Origin: a virus | IMG/VR virus record: IMGVR_UViG_3300036770_006954 | Location: 96,001-160,000 of that record | Strand: one strand, 5' to 3' | Length of the DNA stretch: 64,000 nt | Shown: piece by piece, positions 58,045 through 64,000 of the stretch | Numbering within the stretch: position 1 is the first letter of the stretch | How the letters are laid out: every line of letters starts with the position of its first letter | Translations under genes and position numbers: made by a program | Notes under the pieces: generated by a model | What the model saw: the letters and a program-made list of their open reading frames with translations, nothing else | The model's database searches: none | What the model was told of the DNA's origin: nothing

Positions 58045-58718
58045 ACATTTCACAAGAATTCAAAAAGTATGCAATGAGTGATTACAATGTGTCTTCACTC
58101 ACCATGTATAACTTCGAGAAACAAATTGAAAACTCACTAACTCCATATATTTTAGAGGAGCGTGAACTTCGAGCAACTCAAATAGACATTTTCTCTCGAT
58201 TGATGAGAGACCGACTTCTTTGGGTTGCAGGACCTGTCAATGACCATATGTCAACAATTGTTCAAGCACAACTAATGTTCTTGGATTCTGCCGATAAAAC
58301 CGACATTACCATGCATATCGATTCTCCAGGTGGTAGTGTAAAGTCAGGTCTTTCAATTGTCGATGTGATGGATTACATCTCGTGTGATATTCGTACTGTT
58401 AACACAGGTTTAGCAGCTTCAATGGGTTCTGTATTATTAGGTGCAGGTACAAAGGGTAAACGTAGCTCACTTCGATTCTCACGCACTATGTTGCACCAAT
58501 CTTCGGGAGGTGCTGGCGGTAATATCCAAGATGCGGAAATTACATTCAAAGAATGGAAGAAAATCAACGATACTTTGTTTATCCTATTGGGGGATTACTG
58601 TGGAAAAGACCCTGAACAGGTCAAACAAGACGCACAACGCGATTTGTGGCTCGATTCACAGGAAGCCTTAGAATATGGTATTATCGACGAAATCGTAACA
58701 AAAAAAGGGGGTCAATGA
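58041..58718 (+). CDS. clpP: ClpP protease subunit
   Basis: DIFSRLMRDR, IDSPGGSV, AASMGSVLL, MLHQ, RDLWL. Confidence 0.95.
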   Translation: MNISQEFKKYAMSDYNVSSLTMYNFEKQIENSLTPYILEERELRATQIDIFSRLMRDRLLWVAGPVNDHMSTIVQAQLMFLDSADKTDITMHIDSPGGSVKSGLSIVDVMDYISCDIRTVNTGLAASMGSVLLGAGTKGKRSSLRFSRTMLHQSSGGAGGNIQDAEITFKEWKKINDTLFILLGDYCGKDPEQVKQDAQRDLWLDSQEALEYGIIDEIVTKKGGQ

Positions 58719-58794
58719 CCCCCTTTCTTAGATAATAAACACACCCCTTTCTTTTAACGTGTTTATATCAACACGAGTTTCCTCGGAAGATGCT

Positions 58795-59970
58795 TTAACG
58801 ATTTAATCTGAAATCGAATTGATATTCAACTTCACCTGTTGGTGTCGTTTTTTGTATTACAACAGGTCGGTTTACATCACGACCTGATTTTGGTAAAGTT
58901 GGGAATTTAGGGTCTCCTGTGAATTTTTCACGAAGAGCTAGAATAGCTTTTTCAACATTCTTACCTCCAATACCCATTGTACCAAATTTGTGGTCTTGTC
59001 TTAGACAAGCATTAACTTCTTTTTTCATACCCTCTAAAGTACCGAAGTCATATTCAACACCTTTTCTCCAAGCGTCGTAGTATGCCATAATAATTTTTCC
59101 ACAATATTTTTCGTTATATCTTTGTTGAACCCCTTTTTGTTGCGCTTTAACTATTTTAAGGAGTTGTCTTCTATCAACTCTACTTGGGTCAAGATATATT
59201 ACAATATTTTTGGAAAGACCCGCACTTTTTGGAATCATAATTCTTCCACTCCACCAAGTTTGTCTTTCTTGCTCGGTCATTTCATTTTCATACTTCCAAG
59301 GACCTCTTCCTTCTTCAGATTTTTCAATTCCGAATGAATTTAAATAAGAATCAATGATTTCAGTTTCTTTCGAAGTAGTTGCACCTGGTTGCATTGTTGC
59401 TGCTTTGGGTCTATAAAGTTTGGTTGTCCCTACTTGAATGATATCAAGAACTGTTTGGTCTCCTTGATTTGCGGGTACTTCATATCCAGCAGGTAGATTG
59501 TCATAAGTAAAATATCCATAACCACCTTGCTTAATATCTTTTGTAAGGGTTGCAATTAGATTATTTAATCTATCTTCTTTAACATTCAATCCTTTACACG
59601 ACCATTTGTCAGCACTTCTTACACCTGTTTTTCCTCCTTGAGTAACTGTTACTAAGAAAGTTCCATCTCCAAAGAAATATACCTCATCACCCCTATCCCA
59701 AATGATTCTATCACCTGACATTTTTTGTTCTGTTGGACGGTATAACAATGCGTTTTTACCATCTTTGGTTGCTGGTTTGGCTTGTCTGATTGCTTCATTG
59801 GTACATTTTTGTTGTGCCAATGCTAAAAACTGTTTTGGGTCGGTAATATCTTCAATTTGTTCCGAGACTAATGATTTGTCAAAAAGATGACCCATTAGAA
59901 CATCTCTATACTTGTTATGATTTTCAAGTATTGAGGTTCTTTCTTCTGTAGTAATTTTAATTGGTTTCAT
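58795..59970 (-). CDS. hypothetical late protein
   Basis: 391 aa, late motif, LVSEQ leader. Confidence 0.6.
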   Translation of the reverse strand: MKPIKITTEERTSILENHNKYRDVLMGHLFDKSLVSEQIEDITDPKQFLALAQQKCTNEAIRQAKPATKDGKNALLYRPTEQKMSGDRIIWDRGDEVYFFGDGTFLVTVTQGGKTGVRSADKWSCKGLNVKEDRLNNLIATLTKDIKQGGYGYFTYDNLPAGYEVPANQGDQTVLDIIQVGTTKLYRPKAATMQPGATTSKETEIIDSYLNSFGIEKSEEGRGPWKYENEMTEQERQTWWSGRIMIPKSAGLSKNIVIYLDPSRVDRRQLLKIVKAQQKGVQQRYNEKYCGKIIMAYYDAWRKGVEYDFGTLEGMKKEVNACLRQDHKFGTMGIGGKNVEKAILALREKFTGDPKFPTLPKSGRDVNRPVVIQKTTPTGEVEYQFDFRLNR

Positions 59971-59990
59971 ATCTTATATGATAAATACAC

Positions 59991-62486
59991 TTATGATAGG
60001 TCTAAAATCTCAGAACCCCTTGATGTTTTAGGAAATTTACGATAGAAATCTTCAGCTTCCTTTTTTTGTTTCTGAATTTGGATATTTGTCTCTAAAGTTC
60101 TTTTTATTAAATCACAAATTCTATTAACATCTGAGTCGTTAAACCCATTCTGCCATCCATAACTACCCAATTCGTTGTAAAGTTGTCTGTCAAAGTTTCC
60201 TGTATTGGGTAAATTTAAACATTGTTGAATTTGTTTGATAGACTCTGAGTTACAACCTAATTGATTGAAACCTGTGCATGGGGTAAATTGATTTGTAAGA
60301 TTATCCCGAACTTTTTGAGGGTCACTTGTGGGTTTTTTTTCTTCTAATTTTTTTCTAAGTAACCATAATTCATATTGAACTTTCGCCTTTTCAGCTAAAT
60401 CTACAGAGGTGTTTTTAACATTTTCTGCAAATTTATTAAGTTCTTCTAATGCCTTTCTGAAAGTTTCGCTGTCTTTTACACTTTGAACTTCTTTTTTAAG
60501 TTCTTCAACTTTTTTGTCTAATTCCTCTCCAGCAGAATTTTCTTCTTTTTGTTTAGGTGGGATGATAAGCTGTTCTATTATTTTATTTTTTCTAATAGAC
60601 TCTGTAACAGGAGGTGTGAAATAATTTTTGAGATATTCACGAACTCTTGGGTCAGCTATTGGACTTGATGTTGTATTTGTCATACTTGAGTCTGTGAAAT
60701 GTACAGCTTCCCAAACCCCTTTTGGATTAACTAATTGTACATCTTTATTAGACTCTCTTCCCTTTTCAAATGCTATTGCAAGTGTGTCATTGTCCTGCAT
60801 ATAAACACGGTCTTGTAAAAACTGTAAATCACCTGATAGGGATAATTTTAAATCTTCAGGTATAACAAATTCGTCTTTTTCAATTTTTTTAACATCTTTT
60901 TCAATTTTTTCAATATCCTCTTCAGGTATATTAGCACTTTTGGCCGCGCTTTTCCATAACCATTCAGCCCAAACGTCGGGGCCACCCCATAGAGATGGGC
61001 TTTGAGTAAATAAAACACCTAACATCACATTCAAGGGGGCTCTGGCCATGCTATTCCAATAAGGAACTGCAAATGATACTCCTTGAGTATTACCTAAAAA
61101 GTCGACCAAAAATGCATCTAATGCCTTAAGAATACCAAAAGGGTCTCTTTGACGTGTTTCATTATATTTTTGCGTATCAAATGGGGTGGAAAATCCAAAT
61201 TTTTCTGAATATTTGTTGACAAGGTCTTTAAATCCAGTCGTATACGCAACAGCTGAGGCTGCCGATAATATAGCATTAGCTATTATGGCCCCCATACCCG
61301 ATTTCAGAAGTAAAACAAAAAGATACTGTGCAGCTCTTTTTGGGTCTTTAATACCTTGCATTTGGATAGCTTTCCTATAAATTTCCGATTTCGTAGCCCA
61401 CTGACCTGTAACCAAAAAAGCCTTCAAATTGTCACCTAATCTTATTTTTGCTAAATTAGATATTTTGTTCGGTAATATTTTATTTAACCATTCACTACCT
61501 TCGCCAGAAAAATCTATAAATTTAAAATCCTCGGGTATACTTTCAAAAGCAGCTTTAAAACCTGGGTCGCTATCCCTTAATTGTCTAAAAATTTTAAAAA
61601 TATCTTGGTCACCAGATTTAATCAAATTGTTTAACTCGTCAGGCAAACTTAATTTTCTAAATTCAGCTTTACCAATCTCATCACCTTTCATATAAATTTG
61701 ATTCAACTTACGAGATATTGCTAAGGCATAGGCTTCTTGAAGTTGTTGTCTTTGTTCATTTCCCTCAGATAAAATCAATTTTTCAACAAATTCCTCAGAC
61801 AAATCCTCAATGTCTTTTATAAGACTTTTTGTTTCAGTGTACATCGCCCCAAAAACATCTCTCACAAAACTTTTACCACCTTTTGAATTTACTGCATTAG
61901 CTAAAGATTTAATTTGTGATTTACTCAATATTTCTTTACGTGAAGGTCGATATTCTCTTGTTAAATAATTTCTTACAGCGTCTTGAAATTCTATGTCTAA
62001 TTTATCAATTTCGCTAATTTCCAAAAATTCGTCAATATTTTCTTGTAACTTTCTGTCAGGGTTATTATTCAAAATATATTCGAAAATATTCCTAAAATCC
62101 TGTAAGTTTGATAATCCGAGTTTTCTACTTATAACATCTGTTACAAAATTGTTTACGTCAGGAATGTTTTGACTTATCAATGATTTTACAGCGGCGGTTA
62201 ATTGAGCATCATTTAATGAACTAAAAGTTCGTCTTAAAGAACTTACATTATCTGGTCTATTTTGAAACTGTTTCAAATCATCCAAAACTTTTTCTAAATT
62301 TGCCGTAGGCAAATCTCTAACAACATTTCTAAGTTTTTTTCCAATGTCATCAATCCAGCTTATTGGAATTCCAGAAGCTTCACTTAATAAAAATTTTTTG
62401 ACAGACGAACGATTACCAAACCATTCATTATAAATTTTTATTTTGGCAATTTCTTTGATTAAATTTTTATTTTCTTGGCTTTTCAT
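59991..62486 (-). CDS. large late protein with hydrophobic segments and PG-binding-like C-terminus
   Basis: LGCNSESIKQIQQCLNLPNTGNF; late motif upstream. Confidence 0.55.
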   Translation of the reverse strand: MKSQENKNLIKEIAKIKIYNEWFGNRSSVKKFLLSEASGIPISWIDDIGKKLRNVVRDLPTANLEKVLDDLKQFQNRPDNVSSLRRTFSSLNDAQLTAAVKSLISQNIPDVNNFVTDVISRKLGLSNLQDFRNIFEYILNNNPDRKLQENIDEFLEISEIDKLDIEFQDAVRNYLTREYRPSRKEILSKSQIKSLANAVNSKGGKSFVRDVFGAMYTETKSLIKDIEDLSEEFVEKLILSEGNEQRQQLQEAYALAISRKLNQIYMKGDEIGKAEFRKLSLPDELNNLIKSGDQDIFKIFRQLRDSDPGFKAAFESIPEDFKFIDFSGEGSEWLNKILPNKISNLAKIRLGDNLKAFLVTGQWATKSEIYRKAIQMQGIKDPKRAAQYLFVLLLKSGMGAIIANAILSAASAVAYTTGFKDLVNKYSEKFGFSTPFDTQKYNETRQRDPFGILKALDAFLVDFLGNTQGVSFAVPYWNSMARAPLNVMLGVLFTQSPSLWGGPDVWAEWLWKSAAKSANIPEEDIEKIEKDVKKIEKDEFVIPEDLKLSLSGDLQFLQDRVYMQDNDTLAIAFEKGRESNKDVQLVNPKGVWEAVHFTDSSMTNTTSSPIADPRVREYLKNYFTPPVTESIRKNKIIEQLIIPPKQKEENSAGEELDKKVEELKKEVQSVKDSETFRKALEELNKFAENVKNTSVDLAEKAKVQYELWLLRKKLEEKKPTSDPQKVRDNLTNQFTPCTGFNQLGCNSESIKQIQQCLNLPNTGNFDRQLYNELGSYGWQNGFNDSDVNRICDLIKRTLETNIQIQKQKKEAEDFYRKFPKTSRGSEILDLS

Positions 62487-62526
62487 GATGCTTGAATATT
62501 TTATAAATACCTTTTTTTTTCAATTG

Positions 62527-63924
62527 TTATTGTTTTTTTCCTCTAAGTGCTTTAGCTTTTTTTTGCATTGTAGCCTGAATCTCAGGTCTGAAAGATATTC
62601 GACTTTCAATATTTTCCTTAAAACGTTTGGATTCGACATCAAATTCTTCAAAACTATCGGTCTTACCCATGTTAATCAAGGATTTTGCATATGCTTCATT
62701 ATCAATTAACTCCAAGTTATGTTGTTTGATTTCATCATCAGTCATTTGACTTTCAATATCCTTCATAAAAGACATCATTCTTTGTTTTTCTTGTTCACTA
62801 AATGAATCTGGACCAAAAAATGATACACCTAAAACTAATAATATTGCAGAACTTAGTTGAACTCCCGCACCTTTCCACCATTTTTGGTCTATAAGTGCAA
62901 TTTTCTTCAAAATTGATTTATCTGTAAGTCCTTGAGTTAATAATTTATTCAAACCTTCTTCCATGATTTTTTTAAACTCGGTAGGGTCAGTTTTCATAAC
63001 TTGTGAAAAAAGATACTTTTCATTTTCATTTAAAACATCCTTATAGAATTTAGTAACATCATCGGCATTTTTTAATTCAGCTTTTGAAGCTTTTTCGGCG
63101 ATAGATTCTGCAACTTCTTTATTAGTTCCTTTAATAACTCTCATAAATGGGAAAAAGTCCGTTAGGGGTAAAAGTGAGAATACAATTGCCAATCCCATAG
63201 AAGTTGTTATATCCTCTCCTTGTTGAATTTCATAGACTGAAAAAGGAATATTAACGGCTAATTCACCCAATACTTGAGCTAATATCCTCATAGCTAATGG
63301 TGCACCCAATCCCAAAGTAAATTTTTCAATTATGATAGAAATTGCTATCGAACCTACAATTTGAAATACCACACCCCATTTATCCATAAATTTTTCTCCC
63401 CAAGATTTAAAATCTTCGGGATTGGGTGTTTTGTAAAATTCTCCATTAGCATTGACGTACCCTTTAAAGTATAAACCTTTCGAATCATCGTAAGTCAATA
63501 TTCCACCGAAGGTATCACCATCTATTTTAAACTTTCTAACAGTTCCTGGTACAAGAATTTTTTTCAAATCTTCTTCAGTCAGGTTGTATTTTTTGGAAAT
63601 CTCAGAACCATTTTTAAACCACATCCAAGAAACAAAAGGTGTGTATTTTACAATTGAACTTTCGCTTTCTAGAGGAATGTATATGTAATCAACTCCACCC
63701 TGAGGGTCACCAAATGCTGGTGTTAGAAATGCTTTGTACCCTTCAATTGGGTAAACCTTGAATTGTTCAAAGTCTTGAGCTCCTTTAGATATTGGAGTTT
63801 TTTCAGTTGATTTTAAATCAAGCGCACCAGTAAGAGGTACTGTCTGTTCAGACAAAGTTTTTTTCGGGTCATAAAACATCTTGACCCTTATTTCATTTAA
63901 TATGTCCAATTGAACTTGATTCAC
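62527..63924 (-). CDS. hypothetical late protein with TM segments
   Basis: MFYDPKKTLSEQ leader; several hydrophobic helices. Confidence 0.55.
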   Translation of the reverse strand: MNQVQLDILNEIRVKMFYDPKKTLSEQTVPLTGALDLKSTEKTPISKGAQDFEQFKVYPIEGYKAFLTPAFGDPQGGVDYIYIPLESESSIVKYTPFVSWMWFKNGSEISKKYNLTEEDLKKILVPGTVRKFKIDGDTFGGILTYDDSKGLYFKGYVNANGEFYKTPNPEDFKSWGEKFMDKWGVVFQIVGSIAISIIIEKFTLGLGAPLAMRILAQVLGELAVNIPFSVYEIQQGEDITTSMGLAIVFSLLPLTDFFPFMRVIKGTNKEVAESIAEKASKAELKNADDVTKFYKDVLNENEKYLFSQVMKTDPTEFKKIMEEGLNKLLTQGLTDKSILKKIALIDQKWWKGAGVQLSSAILLVLGVSFFGPDSFSEQEKQRMMSFMKDIESQMTDDEIKQHNLELIDNEAYAKSLINMGKTDSFEEFDVESKRFKENIESRISFRPEIQATMQKKAKALRGKKQ

Positions 63925-64000
63925 GTTAGTGGATTTGCTTTACCTCTTGAAGCGCCTGACTCCCATTTATATTTTGGGTCACCCATGTAAGTTTTACCCA
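63921..64000 (-). CDS. C-terminal fragment of upstream gene
   Basis: ...GKTYMGDPKYKWESGASRGKANPLT*. Confidence 0.5.
   Translation of the reverse strand, partial: GKTYMGDPKYKWESGASRGKANPLT

Overview
This is a 64 kb fragment of a large (jumbo-type) T4-like phage genome using the standard genetic code. The host is very probably a Bacteroidota member, based on many TAnnTTTG promoters, a GE-type tmRNA resume codon and a phage bS21. The left third holds late and head genes: gp55-like sigma, gp5-like hub/spike, gp23, scaffold, gp21, gp20 and gp17, with rpsU among them. The middle holds an N-domain-less ClpC, a divergent UVR protein, a tmRNA and a roughly 19 kb stable-RNA region. That region has 25 canonical tRNAs covering all 20 amino acids, a reduced RNase P RNA, at least 8 atypical tRNA-like RNAs, several unassigned structured RNAs and a 23S rRNA-like motif. 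The right end holds an HNH, two carbamoyltransferases, ClpP and large late proteins. The most striking unannotated candidate is a leader-peptide attenuator (49725-49817) upstream of a tRNA operon. Its 30-aa peptide uses 18 amino acids and its last codons are complementary to the terminator, which suggests tRNA expression switched on by translational stalling. All RNA structures and protein calls were made by eye; no database searches were run.
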